Shown here in pieces: positions 35,717-45,706 of a stretch of DNA of 48,791 nucleotides (position 1 is the first letter of the stretch; each line of letters opens with the position of its first letter). Position numbers and translations under genes: made by a program. The DNA is taken from contig CAZWCI010000001.1 of the NCBI GenBank assembly GCA_964632815.1, positions 5,658-54,448 of the forward strand, written 5' to 3'. The notes beneath the pieces are model-generated. The model was not told the DNA's origin. It saw only the letters and a list, made by a program, of their open reading frames with translations, and did no database searches. Source of the DNA: an uncultured Lentimicrobiaceae bacterium (lineage in GTDB: Bacteria > Bacteroidota > Bacteroidia > Bacteroidales > WCHB1-69).

Positions 35717-36511
35717 ATGGCAAAAAAAAGAAAATCTAAAAGTAAAAAGAATTTTCTTAAACGCTTTATCGTAGTGTTGGGAAAAATAGTGGTGGGATTG
35801 ATCATTTTTTCTTTACTGCTCACTATTTTGTATCGATGGATTAATCCTCCTATTACTCCGTTGATGATTATTCGAAAAGTGACGAATGATGCTCCAATTA
35901 ATAAAAAATGGGTGGATATCGAAGAGATATCCCCCTATTTTATCAATTATGCTGTGGCGGCAGAAGATAATAATTTTTTAGCTCATAAAGGTTTTGATTT
36001 TGGAGCGATTCAAAAAGTTCTTGATGATCGCGAACATGGAAAAACCTCTCGCGGGGCAAGTACAATTTCACAACAGACGGCAAAAAATGTTTTTCTGTGG
36101 CCGAAGCGATCTTGGTTGCGAAAAGGTTGCGAAGTTTATTTTACTTTTCTTATCGAAACTTTTTGGAGTAAAGAGAGAATAATGGAAGTTTATCTGAATG
36201 TGATTGAAATGGGAAATGGTATTTATGGATGTGAAGCGGCCTCTCAATACTATTTTAATAAAAATGCACAATCTGTATCTCGACGTGAAGCGTCCCTGAT
36301 TACAGCTGCATATCCGAATCCTCTTGATCGTAATCCTGGATCCCCAAACAGATATCTTTTGAATCGTGCTTCGCGAATTAGACACATTTCTTTGAAAGTC
36401 GGCAAGATTAAATTTGATGAGGAGAGTATTGAAGCCGCTGAAGAAAGGTATAAGAAGAGAGAAGAAAAACGAAAAGAAAAAAATGATGGGAAAGTAATAG
36501 ATCTATTTTAA
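35717..36511 (+). CDS. mtgA: Monofunctional biosynthetic peptidoglycan transglycosylase
   Basis: 264 aa with an N-terminal TM anchor. GT51 motifs are AVAAEDNNFLAHKGFD, GASTISQQTAKNVFL and RIMEVYLNVIEMG. Confidence 0.88.
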   Translation: MAKKRKSKSKKNFLKRFIVVLGKIVVGLIIFSLLLTILYRWINPPITPLMIIRKVTNDAPINKKWVDIEEISPYFINYAVAAEDNNFLAHKGFDFGAIQKVLDDREHGKTSRGASTISQQTAKNVFLWPKRSWLRKGCEVYFTFLIETFWSKERIMEVYLNVIEMGNGIYGCEAASQYYFNKNAQSVSRREASLITAAYPNPLDRNPGSPNRYLLNRASRIRHISLKVGKIKFDEESIEAAEERYKKREEKRKEKNDGKVIDLF

Positions 36512-36542
36512 TTGAAAATTCTATTTGTTAAAGAATAATGTT

Positions 36543-38138
36543 ATGCGTAAAAAAGTTGATTTTTTAGTGGTGGGTTCCGGGGTCGCAGGTCTCTGTTTTG
36601 CTCTTAAGACTGCCAATTACGGAAAAGTTTGTTTGATTACCAAAGCCAATATTGATGATACTGCGACCAAATATGCTCAAGGTGGAGTGGCTGCCGTAAT
36701 CTATCATCCGGATACATACGAAAAACATATTCGAGATACCATGATTGCCGGAGATGAACTTTCAGATAGGAAGATTGTGGAAATAACCATCAGGGAATCT
36801 ACAGCCCGAGTTATGGAACTGGTTGAGTGGGGGGTGGATTTTGATAAAACAGATTCCGGAAAATTTTCCCTGGCAAAAGAAGGGGGACATTCGGAATTTA
36901 GAGTGTTGCACCATAAAGACATCACCGGGTCAGAAATAGAAAAAAAACTGATTCTTGCTGCCAAAAGACATCCCAATATTGAAATTTTAGAGAATCATTT
37001 AGCAATTGAAATTATCACCCAACACCATCTCGGGATTGAAGTGAGTAGAAAAACAACTGATATCGCTTGCTTCGGAGCCTATGTATATAACCCGAATACG
37101 AAAAAGGTTCAAACGATCCTTTCAAAAGTGACGATGATAGCAACCGGCGGAATCGGAACCGTTTACGGGCATACTACAAATCCGGACATTGCGACCGGAG
37201 ATGGTGTGGCTATGGTTTATCGTGCCAAAGGAGCTGTCGAAGGAATGGAGTTCGTGCAATTTCATCCTACAACATTGTATAATCCAAAAGAATCTCCTTC
37301 ATTTTTAATTACAGAAGCGATGAGAGGTGCCGGAGCAATTCTGAAAAATACTGACAAAGTTGAGTTTATGGCTAATTACGATCCGCGGGGTTCATTGGCT
37401 CCACGTGATATTGTGGCACGAGCTATCGATAATGAATTGAAAATTTCCGGTGCAGACCATCTATTCCTTGATGCGACTTCGATCAATCGTCAAATTATCT
37501 TTGACCATTTCCCCAATATTTATGCCAAATGTTTGAGTGTGGGAATTGATATTACTAAGGATATGATTCCGGTTGTGCCTGCAGCCCATTATTCATGCGG
37601 GGGAATTAAAACGGATGAATGGGGAAGATCTACGATTCTGAATCTCTATGCATCCGGAGAATGTGCTTCTACAGGACTTCATGGAGCCAATAGATTGGCT
37701 TCGAATTCATTGCTTGAAGCTTTGGTGTTCTCCCATCGCGCTTGCCTTCATGCCGTTAAAGAAGTGAAAAAAATTGATTTTTGTGATAATGTACCTGAAT
37801 GGGATAGTGAAGGGACCGTACTTAATGAAGAAATGGTGCTGATTACCCAAACTAAAAAAGAACTCCAAACAATTATGTCCAATTATGTCGGAATTGTCCG
37901 TTCTAATTTGAGATTGCAAAGAGCATTTGATAGATTGGAAATTCTTTATCGTGAAACAGAAGATCTCTATAAAAAATCAATTCTTTTCCCCGAAATATGC
38001 GAGTTGCGAAATATGATTAATGTGGGATATTTGATTATTAAAAATGCGATGGAGCGAAAAGAAAGTAGAGGATTACACTTTTCTCTCGATTATCCTGAAC
38101 ATCGTGATGTAAATCAGGTATTTAACGATATGTTATAG
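36543..38138 (+). CDS. nadB: L-aspartate oxidase
   Basis: The track start at 36525 is TTG. The ATG at 36543 gives MRKKVDFLVVGSGVAGL (FAD dinucleotide fold). Further motifs are YAQGGVAA, HYSCGGI, ASGECASTGLHGANRLASNSLLE and SRGLHF. Confidence 0.9.
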   Translation: MRKKVDFLVVGSGVAGLCFALKTANYGKVCLITKANIDDTATKYAQGGVAAVIYHPDTYEKHIRDTMIAGDELSDRKIVEITIRESTARVMELVEWGVDFDKTDSGKFSLAKEGGHSEFRVLHHKDITGSEIEKKLILAAKRHPNIEILENHLAIEIITQHHLGIEVSRKTTDIACFGAYVYNPNTKKVQTILSKVTMIATGGIGTVYGHTTNPDIATGDGVAMVYRAKGAVEGMEFVQFHPTTLYNPKESPSFLITEAMRGAGAILKNTDKVEFMANYDPRGSLAPRDIVARAIDNELKISGADHLFLDATSINRQIIFDHFPNIYAKCLSVGIDITKDMIPVVPAAHYSCGGIKTDEWGRSTILNLYASGECASTGLHGANRLASNSLLEALVFSHRACLHAVKEVKKIDFCDNVPEWDSEGTVLNEEMVLITQTKKELQTIMSNYVGIVRSNLRLQRAFDRLEILYRETEDLYKKSILFPEICELRNMINVGYLIIKNAMERKESRGLHFSLDYPEHRDVNQVFNDML

Positions 38139-38153
38139 GATATATTCCAAATC

Positions 38154-40598
38154 TTACGATACAGCTTTTTTCCGAAGTTCCTTTATTTCAACTTCATCTA
38201 GTATCCTGACTTCTCCTGTATTGCCATCCATAAATAAATGATCTCCTGTTTTGATATTTTGTGTGGCAAAAGGAAGGTTGGAAATGAGCGGAAGTGAATA
38301 TTCACGGGCAACAACTGCTCCATGTGATAAAACCGAACCGACTTCTGTAATGAGTCCATTGATTAAACAATAGTAAGGAGACCATCCGATATCAGTAAAT
38401 ACTGCAATCATAATTTCTCCCTTTTTTAGCTGTTTTGCATCTTCAACACTTTTTACTATTCTCGCTTTTCCGTAAGCAATTCCTCTACTTATGGGGATTC
38501 CCTTAAATGCGGTGCTGTCTGTTTCAAATCTGTTTTTTTCAATAGGAATAGGAATTCCAAGAGAGATTTCGGGGAATGTTAATCGTTTTTGTTCTTCTAA
38601 TAGTCTGCGTCGTGCAAGTGCTTTTTTTACTAAAGAGCGATCATTCTTTTTAATTAATTGTCCAATTTCTTCATGAGTTAAAAAGAATATACTGTCTTCA
38701 TCAAGGAGAAGTTGTTGTTTTGTCAGTTCCTCTGCCAGCGAACGATATTCTTTTTTAAATTGATCAATAACTTTAATGATTTTTGATTTTGAAAATTCTC
38801 TTGCTTTAACCCCAAAACGAGATTGCTTGATTAGATATGAGATGATTCTTTTTTTGATAAAATTATAGGGAGAAATTAATGTTTTCATATTTTCTTCCCA
38901 ATCGACAGGAGGAATTTCACGATAAGAACTTATTGTGGATAAAACCATTTTTAAATACCCTGCCAATAAGTGCGGATCGTCAGCCCATGACTTGCTTCTT
39001 AATTCTGCTTCTCTTATGGCACGATGTCCGTGTCTTTTTATAAAATCATCATACGCTTTTCGAGTCAAAGGACCGCAATGTTCAAGGTATGATGAGATCT
39101 CTTCTGTAGAGTAGTTAAGTGAATCAGGATTTTCTTCGAATAGGCATCTTGATATGTTTCTCAAAGAACGAAGAATATCAACACTTTCTATGTCTTCAAT
39201 GTTTTCCAATACGCCTGCAACTTTTGCTTTGAGTTCTTCTTGATCTGCAAAATCTTTACTAAGAGTAATTGTCAGTGCACTACTCATGCTTCCTGAAAAA
39301 GATGAAGTAATGTAGTGATAATATAATGATTGATACATATAATCCATCTTAGATGTAATTTGATCGTATTGTTCTTCGATATTTTGTGTAGGAAGAAAAA
39401 CTAATTCATCTGCAAGACGGGTTAGATTTTTAATTGCTTTATTTTTCGAAAAAAGGGTATTTATGTATTTAAAAAAATTGATAAGACGTTTAATTGTATT
39501 TCCCGTTGGAATATCAATATCAGGATAGTCTGAAAGAATTTTTCCGCATATTGAAAGATCTACACCCTCTTTGCCAGTCCCAAACATCCTTTTTCCTAAA
39601 TAGTAAATACTGGATAAGTTGATGAATAAATGATTTTTAATACTTACAATACAAGAAGTGGGCGGAATGTCATCCATAGAACGAAAAACTCCAATATTGA
39701 CAAACATTTTTCGCATACCCCAATCTATACTATAAACACTTGTGGATAAAGAAAGTGGCGTTACGGCATTTGGTAACATCTCTCCAACATTACATCTTGT
39801 GACTACTTGATTGTCAAGATTAAGTTTGCAGTTGAATTCATCTATTGTAGGAGTATCCATAGTCGTAATGGGGCGCGCTTGCAACCAATACAAAGTGCCG
39901 TTTTTCCCAATCGCCCACTCTAAATCTATTTCATACGCAAACTGCTCGGTTGCACGCTCTAAATCTTGACAAATAAGATGAAGCTCATCTCCGTTCAGGG
40001 TGTCGGTTGAAGTACAAGTGTTCGTATATGTTTCGAGAGAATGTGTGACTTCTTTGCGGGGAATGCTGTAGCGATCTGCGTTGGTAGAACCATTTACAAG
40101 GTTTTCACCCCATCCGTTTACAGCTTCAATTAAAAAACACTCTTTATTCCCATTCGGGTCAGAAGAAAAACTTACCCCGGCTTTTTCTGCATCAATGAAT
40201 TCTTGAATGATGATATTCATAATGCATGATTTTTTATCCATAAATACAGAAGAATAATGAATTGCTCTTTCTGATTTTATCGAATCTAAACAAGAACGAA
40301 TAGCTTCTCTAACTGCTTCTTTTCCTTGAATATCCAAATAAGATTCATATTGCCCTGCTGCAGAAAAGTGAAATCCATCTTCTCCTTGGGCAGAAGAACG
40401 AATAGCAACTGTATCTAATCCTGAATGTACATAATAATCTGCGGCCTCTTCAATATCCTTCTCCGTCTCAATATGATGGAGAACAACGCCTTTGGGAACA
40501 TTTAATCCGATTCGATGAAGTTCATGCAATCCTTTTGCTTTCCCCCCAATCATATCTAATAAATTTTCCGGAACAGAATATAAATCAATGATTTGCAT
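38154..40598 (-). CDS. PEP/pyruvate-binding (ATP-grasp, PPDK_N) + C-terminal PEP-utilising swivel-His domain protein; rifampicin-phosphotransferase-like architecture
   Basis: 814 aa. The N terminus is IGGKAKGLHELHRIGLNVPKGVVL. A long central region has no motif I recognise. The C terminus reads GIAYGKARIV...GEIMIAVFTDIGWSPYYCLINGLITEVGSVLSHGAVVAREYSLPLI, the phosphohistidine swivel motif. Confidence 0.75.
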   Translation of the reverse strand: MQIIDLYSVPENLLDMIGGKAKGLHELHRIGLNVPKGVVLHHIETEKDIEEAADYYVHSGLDTVAIRSSAQGEDGFHFSAAGQYESYLDIQGKEAVREAIRSCLDSIKSERAIHYSSVFMDKKSCIMNIIIQEFIDAEKAGVSFSSDPNGNKECFLIEAVNGWGENLVNGSTNADRYSIPRKEVTHSLETYTNTCTSTDTLNGDELHLICQDLERATEQFAYEIDLEWAIGKNGTLYWLQARPITTMDTPTIDEFNCKLNLDNQVVTRCNVGEMLPNAVTPLSLSTSVYSIDWGMRKMFVNIGVFRSMDDIPPTSCIVSIKNHLFINLSSIYYLGKRMFGTGKEGVDLSICGKILSDYPDIDIPTGNTIKRLINFFKYINTLFSKNKAIKNLTRLADELVFLPTQNIEEQYDQITSKMDYMYQSLYYHYITSSFSGSMSSALTITLSKDFADQEELKAKVAGVLENIEDIESVDILRSLRNISRCLFEENPDSLNYSTEEISSYLEHCGPLTRKAYDDFIKRHGHRAIREAELRSKSWADDPHLLAGYLKMVLSTISSYREIPPVDWEENMKTLISPYNFIKKRIISYLIKQSRFGVKAREFSKSKIIKVIDQFKKEYRSLAEELTKQQLLLDEDSIFFLTHEEIGQLIKKNDRSLVKKALARRRLLEEQKRLTFPEISLGIPIPIEKNRFETDSTAFKGIPISRGIAYGKARIVKSVEDAKQLKKGEIMIAVFTDIGWSPYYCLINGLITEVGSVLSHGAVVAREYSLPLISNLPFATQNIKTGDHLFMDGNTGEVRILDEVEIKELRKKAVS

Positions 40599-40647
40599 AT
40601 ATAAATTATTGAAGAAATGATCACAGAGAATAATTGCTATTTGCCTT

Positions 40648-41667
40648 TTACCAACGTTTCAAGTCTTTATTGAATCCAAATTCAATGATTCCTCTTGCTT
40701 TAATGTCATTTACCATAAACCGGCCTATTCCTTCCAATAACTGATATTGATTATCTGAAAAGAAGTATGGAATATGGATTTCACGAGTCACTTTTATAAG
40801 AAGATTGTCCCCGTTTTCCAAACGACAATGAACGGTGAATGTATCCGCTCCTTTTCCGTTTCCTATTAGGTCATTCGGAGTATGAATTTCTATTGCAGAA
40901 ATACTATTTCCGTTTTGGTAGAGATTGCCGACACAAATGTTGCGAATGGCCGGATAGGATACCATGCTGATGTTTAACGCATCTCCATTTTCAAGCAGCG
41001 CCATGAGCCAAACATGCTTATCCATGTAATTCCAATCTCGCTTTCCAAAAGAGTGGTCGCGAAGTGCTGGCATATCTATAGATTTTTTTTCATCCCCGAT
41101 AGTAAGTTCTCCTGTTAAGATACCAGGTTGCTCATAATGAGTTTGGTTGTTCTTTTGAACTTCTTTGAAAAAATTACGATTCCATTTCTCTATGGCAAAT
41201 GCTTTTGCCATAGGTTTTAAATTTGAATGAAGAAAAAAATCAAAAATCGGAGCTGTAGCTATGAATGTTCCTTCAAAATGTGCCTTCTTTTTTTCTGCCG
41301 GAGAATCCAAACACTCAAGATCCCCATCAAATAGAATTTTCCATTTGCTTCCTGTTTCTTCACAAAAGACTTTTATGGGAGAATTATTAGTTGTACAAAG
41401 ACTCATAGGACAACTATATAAGTGCTCAGAGTCACGATATGCAAACCAAATCTCACTCTCTCCGTTTCCTCTTAGGCCTAAACGTAAAAATAAACTTTCG
41501 CCGTTGGCATGGTGTGCCGAAAAATAATAACTATTGTTAAAATTGGTCTCAGCATCTGCAGGAAGTTCAAAATGTTCACTTTTCTCGATATCAAACGGAC
41601 TCTTTTTTTGTTTTCGTTTGAGAATAGAGTAAATGAGCGATTTTTTTAAACAATATGAAATAGACAT
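40648..41667 (-). CDS. Hypothetical protein, possibly AttH/CrtC-like beta-barrel (hydratase-like) fold
   Basis: 339 aa with no signal peptide. The motif RDHSFGKRDW resembles the RDHSWG-R-W signature I associate with CrtC/AttH-like lipocalin-type proteins. The family assignment is weak. The gene lies between two co-directional genes with 12- and 49-nt gaps. Confidence 0.35.
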   Translation of the reverse strand: MSISYCLKKSLIYSILKRKQKKSPFDIEKSEHFELPADAETNFNNSYYFSAHHANGESLFLRLGLRGNGESEIWFAYRDSEHLYSCPMSLCTTNNSPIKVFCEETGSKWKILFDGDLECLDSPAEKKKAHFEGTFIATAPIFDFFLHSNLKPMAKAFAIEKWNRNFFKEVQKNNQTHYEQPGILTGELTIGDEKKSIDMPALRDHSFGKRDWNYMDKHVWLMALLENGDALNISMVSYPAIRNICVGNLYQNGNSISAIEIHTPNDLIGNGKGADTFTVHCRLENGDNLLIKVTREIHIPYFFSDNQYQLLEGIGRFMVNDIKARGIIEFGFNKDLKRW

Positions 41668-41679
41668 ATTTGGAAGAAT

Positions 41680-42984
41680 TTATAATTTGATAATTTTTTT
41701 AATGCTTTTATTTCCTGAATTATCTTGAATGTGAAGAAAGTAATATCCCGGAGGATACGGAAACTCTTGTATGATTTGCTGCCTTCCTGCTGCAATTCTT
41801 TCATTAAAACTCTCCAGAAGTTTTCCTTCAAGGGTATAAAGATGCATATTCAAGGCATGCTCTTTTGTTGAATTAATATGGATGCGAAGCAAGTCTCCGG
41901 AGGGATTTGTGATGGTGATGGCATAATTATTCAAGGGTTGTGCAATGCCGACTTGGGGAGCAGTATCTGTCGGAGTAACCAAAAAATCCATCATAACCGG
42001 GAGATGATCCGATGTCGCATATAGTGCCTCAATAATGTCCGAAGGTAAAGAATTGTTTACTGGATCAAGAAGACTATGTTGTAATCGATTTCCGTCCTGA
42101 CCAAGAACTTTGTAGGACGAAATTATGGGCGATATTCCTTGACGTCCGGTATAAACCTCTTCATTTACCAAAATAAAATCAAAACGCCCCGAAAGACCAC
42201 CATAACTAAAACATCCCTCACTTGTGTAATGAGTAGATATGGTATGATATTGAGAAAATTCTTCATTGTATTGCCAGTATCCTAATTCATTGATGGGGTC
42301 ATAAAATCGGTAATTTTCATTGGGATAGTTTAGTGCGTATGCAATTCCACTATCTTCAGAACTATAACAGTTGAAATCTCCCGAAAATATATAGTTCTCA
42401 ATCTTTCCCATATCCTCTAAGCGTTCCATGAATTTCTTGACTTGGTTATATCGCATTGTTTGGGCATTGCCGGCTTTCAGGTGGGTGACGATAAACGTTA
42501 CAAATATCGAATCTCCATTGGCTAAGGATGGAGAGTTGTAATAAAATTTATATGCGTTGAAGTACATTATAGAGGTTGTTACATAAAAACTATTATAAAA
42601 AGTTAGTTTCTCTGTGTTGTAAAATATCATATTCCCAATGGTGATTCCATAATAAGGATTTGATGAAGTAGGAACCATCGCATAATAATCGATGCCATCC
42701 TGATTCATGACATTGTCCAAAATTCTGTTCGCATATAATGCTTCTTTTCCGATTTCGTTCACGCAAAATACATCCGGCTTAATATATTGAATGGTCTTTT
42801 TTAAAGATGCATCTTTAACGTCTAAGTTGTTTGTTATTTCATCACAACCCTCCGGAGCACTAGATGTATAATACATTAAATTATACTGCATCATCCGAAT
42901 GGTGTCGGCTGTTGCTTCTGAAGAAATAAAGAAGCCAAGTACTGTGAAAATAATTTGAATCGTGTGTTTTTGAATAGTCTTCAT
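41680..42984 (-). CDS. Secreted endonuclease/exonuclease/phosphatase (EEP) fold protein with T9SS type-A C-terminal sorting domain
   Basis: The internal ATG at 42984 gives the signal peptide MKTIQKHTIQIIFTVLGFFISSEATA. EEP-like motifs are MQYNLMYY, VFCVNEI, FSGDFN and SDHLPVMMDF. The C terminus is LNMHLYTLEGKLLESF...GYYFLHIQDNSGNKSIKKIIKL. Confidence 0.75.
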   Translation of the reverse strand: MKTIQKHTIQIIFTVLGFFISSEATADTIRMMQYNLMYYTSSAPEGCDEITNNLDVKDASLKKTIQYIKPDVFCVNEIGKEALYANRILDNVMNQDGIDYYAMVPTSSNPYYGITIGNMIFYNTEKLTFYNSFYVTTSIMYFNAYKFYYNSPSLANGDSIFVTFIVTHLKAGNAQTMRYNQVKKFMERLEDMGKIENYIFSGDFNCYSSEDSGIAYALNYPNENYRFYDPINELGYWQYNEEFSQYHTISTHYTSEGCFSYGGLSGRFDFILVNEEVYTGRQGISPIISSYKVLGQDGNRLQHSLLDPVNNSLPSDIIEALYATSDHLPVMMDFLVTPTDTAPQVGIAQPLNNYAITITNPSGDLLRIHINSTKEHALNMHLYTLEGKLLESFNERIAAGRQQIIQEFPYPPGYYFLHIQDNSGNKSIKKIIKL

Positions 42985-43120
42985 TAAAGTAAGGTGTGAA
43001 TAATAGGTTGTTGATTTATAGATAAATATATATGTTAATAATTGTGAATACATCAAAGAAATTGCAAAGGTACTCTATTTTTTTTATTACATTTCTTTTT
43101 TTCTTAAAAAAGACTAATTT

Positions 43121-43128
43121 TATTTTTG
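43121..43128 (+). promoter_or_regulatory. -7 promoter box (TAnnTTTG)
   Basis: TATTTTTG lies 49 nt upstream of the ATG at 43177. Confidence 0.4.
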
Positions 43129-43176
43129 ATGTGATGTTTTATACTATTTTTACTTTAATTTTTAATATATCAGATT

Positions 43177-44871
43177 ATGAATATAAATAAATTCTATTTA
43201 ATTGTTATTGTGTTAATTATGATATTATTTGGGGGCGGGTGTACTCCGAAAAATCCGACTACTCAAAAAGCAAAAAATTATAAAAAACTATTGGCAACCC
43301 CGATGCAAGAAATTTCAGAAAATTATTCTGATGTAGATACCACTCATTATTTTATTGGGGAGTTGGGAGGAAAAAGTTATATTCTTTATTTTCTGCAAAC
43401 GGATAGCGGTCGATTGTCGGGATATTATTATCCAATCGGAGAAGAAAAATTTATCGAACCTCATTTTTTTGAATTGACCACGAAAAGAAAGCTAACAACT
43501 TTCAAAACGGAAGATACTTCATTTACAATCAAATTGGAGTTGAGTATGAACGAATACGGGTTTGTTGCACGTTACGCGGTGAAGAAGAAGACGTTCATTT
43601 TTAATAGATATGTATGGTCTGATGAAATAATGTTTACTTTGTATTCGGAAGAAGATACATTGCCTCAAATCGACAGATATCGAAAACCACTGTACGAAGT
43701 TGAAGTAGAAAAAGATATTGTTTACGGAAAAGCAAAAGGATATTGGAATTCTTTTAATGCGGAAGGGGAGAATTATGGTTCAATCTTAAAAAAAGGATTT
43801 GCGCAATCCTTCTCTCAGGATAATCTTGATTTAAAAATGGATATTTATCTTCCTGAAAATGATAATGTTGAGAAACGGCCAATGATTATGTTTCTTCATG
43901 GAGGAGCTTTCTATATTGGTCATAAAGAGACCGAACCAATTGTGAAATGGTGCAATTACTTTGCCTCTTTGGGCTATGTAGCCGTCTCCATTGATTATAG
44001 ATTGGGATTTCAATTATCGAAAAATTCAATTGAACGTGCAGGTTATAAGGCAATTCAGGATGCTCATGCGGCCATGCGTTATCTCGTGGAAAATGCTCAG
44101 GAGTATAAAATAGATACTTCTCTGCTTTTTGTGGGAGGAACTAGCGCCGGTTCTATTACAGCATTGTCGTTGGTATATATGACCAATGATTCTCGTCCTG
44201 AATCATCTTATAAAACTGGGCTATTAACAGATTTGGGGAATATTGAGTCCTCTGGAAATAAGATTAAAGCAGATTTTAGGATTCGCGGTATTGCCAATAT
44301 GTGGGGCGCTGTCAATTCTTTAGACATGTTGCATAACGCCCAAACCCCTATCATCTCTTTTCATGGAGATGCGGATCAAGTGGTTCCTTTTGGAGAAGGA
44401 TTTCCTTTTTCTGAAATCAAAGGAAATTTGGGGGAACGATTTTTTAATAAGATGTACGGATCTGCTGCAATTCAGGAGAAACTTCTACAATTAGGCCGCC
44501 GGGGCGAACTCCATATTCTGGAAGGAAAAGGACATGGTCCTCATGTTGATGCAAACTATCACCCTAATGATATTTTTTATTTTATTCAAGATCATATTTC
44601 TCGATTTTTTTATAAAGAGATGACTCAATATCAACGAAATATTTTGAATCTTCCTGGACAACCGCAATGGTACTCGCTCTCTTCTTCAGATAATAAACAA
44701 GTGGTTTGGCATGTGCTAGGAGGCATCATTCTTGAGCAATCTCAAGAGAAAGTAAGGGTGATTTGGTTTGCCGATGCTCCTTCACACAAATTATATGTAG
44801 AAGGATATATGAATAGCGATGTTTATTTTTCAGACCAAATGTCTATTTCTCGTGATCTGTCCTCCAATTAG
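43177..44871 (+). CDS. Alpha/beta-hydrolase (carboxylesterase/lipase-type) lipoprotein with extra N- and C-terminal domains
   Basis: 564 aa with signal/lipobox ...LFGGGC. The oxyanion region is MFLHGGAFYIG, the nucleophile elbow is GGTSAGS, and later residues are HGDADQVVP and GKGHGPH. Confidence 0.75.
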   Translation: MNINKFYLIVIVLIMILFGGGCTPKNPTTQKAKNYKKLLATPMQEISENYSDVDTTHYFIGELGGKSYILYFLQTDSGRLSGYYYPIGEEKFIEPHFFELTTKRKLTTFKTEDTSFTIKLELSMNEYGFVARYAVKKKTFIFNRYVWSDEIMFTLYSEEDTLPQIDRYRKPLYEVEVEKDIVYGKAKGYWNSFNAEGENYGSILKKGFAQSFSQDNLDLKMDIYLPENDNVEKRPMIMFLHGGAFYIGHKETEPIVKWCNYFASLGYVAVSIDYRLGFQLSKNSIERAGYKAIQDAHAAMRYLVENAQEYKIDTSLLFVGGTSAGSITALSLVYMTNDSRPESSYKTGLLTDLGNIESSGNKIKADFRIRGIANMWGAVNSLDMLHNAQTPIISFHGDADQVVPFGEGFPFSEIKGNLGERFFNKMYGSAAIQEKLLQLGRRGELHILEGKGHGPHVDANYHPNDIFYFIQDHISRFFYKEMTQYQRNILNLPGQPQWYSLSSSDNKQVVWHVLGGIILEQSQEKVRVIWFADAPSHKLYVEGYMNSDVYFSDQMSISRDLSSN

Positions 44872-45560
44872 TTTCTGCGTCCCATAACCAATGAGATATA
44901 ATACAATAGGGTAGCCAAAGAAGCTAGGGCAGCAACCAGGTATGTTCTGGCGGCCCAACGAAGTGCATCTTCAGCATAACTATGCTCCGTGCCCGATGTG
45001 AGTCCGGTGTTATTGAGCCATGCCAATGCTCTGTTGGAAGCATTATACTCAACAGGGAGTGTGATGAATGAAAAGATTGTGGTAAGTCCGAATAGAACAA
45101 TCCCTACAATTAAAACCCATTGCCCCAAACTCGAAAATCCCATTAAAAGAAGCCCTGCAAGCAATATCCATTGTGACCAGGAAGCTCCGAATTGAACCAT
45201 GGGAACCATGGCGGAACGCATAGTCAACCAACTATATGCCGTGGAATGTTGTACGGCATGTCCGCATTCATGAGCAGCTACGGCTGCGGCCGCTACACTA
45301 TTTCCATTGTATACAGGGTCACTTAAATTCAAAGTCTTGTTTACAGGATTGTAATGATCGCTTAAGAACCCCGGGGTTGAAACAACCCGAACGTCTGTAA
45401 TGCCGTTGTCTCTCAACATCTTCTCTGCAACTTCCCGTCCAGTCAATCCAGACCGCAAAGGAATTTTTGAATATTTATTAAATTTTGATTTTAATGTTTG
45501 ACTGACAATTAAACTTAAAATCATGAAGACTCCGAAAATAATCCAATATCCTGACATCAT
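44868..45560 (-). CDS. Zinc metallopeptidase, YugP family (membrane-anchored)
   Basis: 230 aa. The N-terminal TM helix is followed by LSDHYNP, and the HExxH motif appears as AAHECGHAVQH. C-terminal TM helices are present. Confidence 0.8.
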   Translation of the reverse strand: MMSGYWIIFGVFMILSLIVSQTLKSKFNKYSKIPLRSGLTGREVAEKMLRDNGITDVRVVSTPGFLSDHYNPVNKTLNLSDPVYNGNSVAAAAVAAHECGHAVQHSTAYSWLTMRSAMVPMVQFGASWSQWILLAGLLLMGFSSLGQWVLIVGIVLFGLTTIFSFITLPVEYNASNRALAWLNNTGLTSGTEHSYAEDALRWAARTYLVAALASLATLLYYISLVMGRRN

Positions 45561-45655
45561 ATTTATTTTTTATTATAAACCGATAACGCCTTTTTTTGTT
45601 CAAAATTGTATTTTTTGATTGAAAATACATGATTTCTCACATGATTTATTTTTCG

Positions 45656-45663
45656 TATTTTTG
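45656..45663 (+). promoter_or_regulatory. -7 promoter box (TAnnTTTG) for sufB
   Basis: TATTTTTG lies 44 nt upstream of the ATG at 45707. Confidence 0.45.
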
Positions 45664-45706
45664 CATCATGAAGCTGAATTATTATTCTAATTAATGAATG
45701 TAGATC

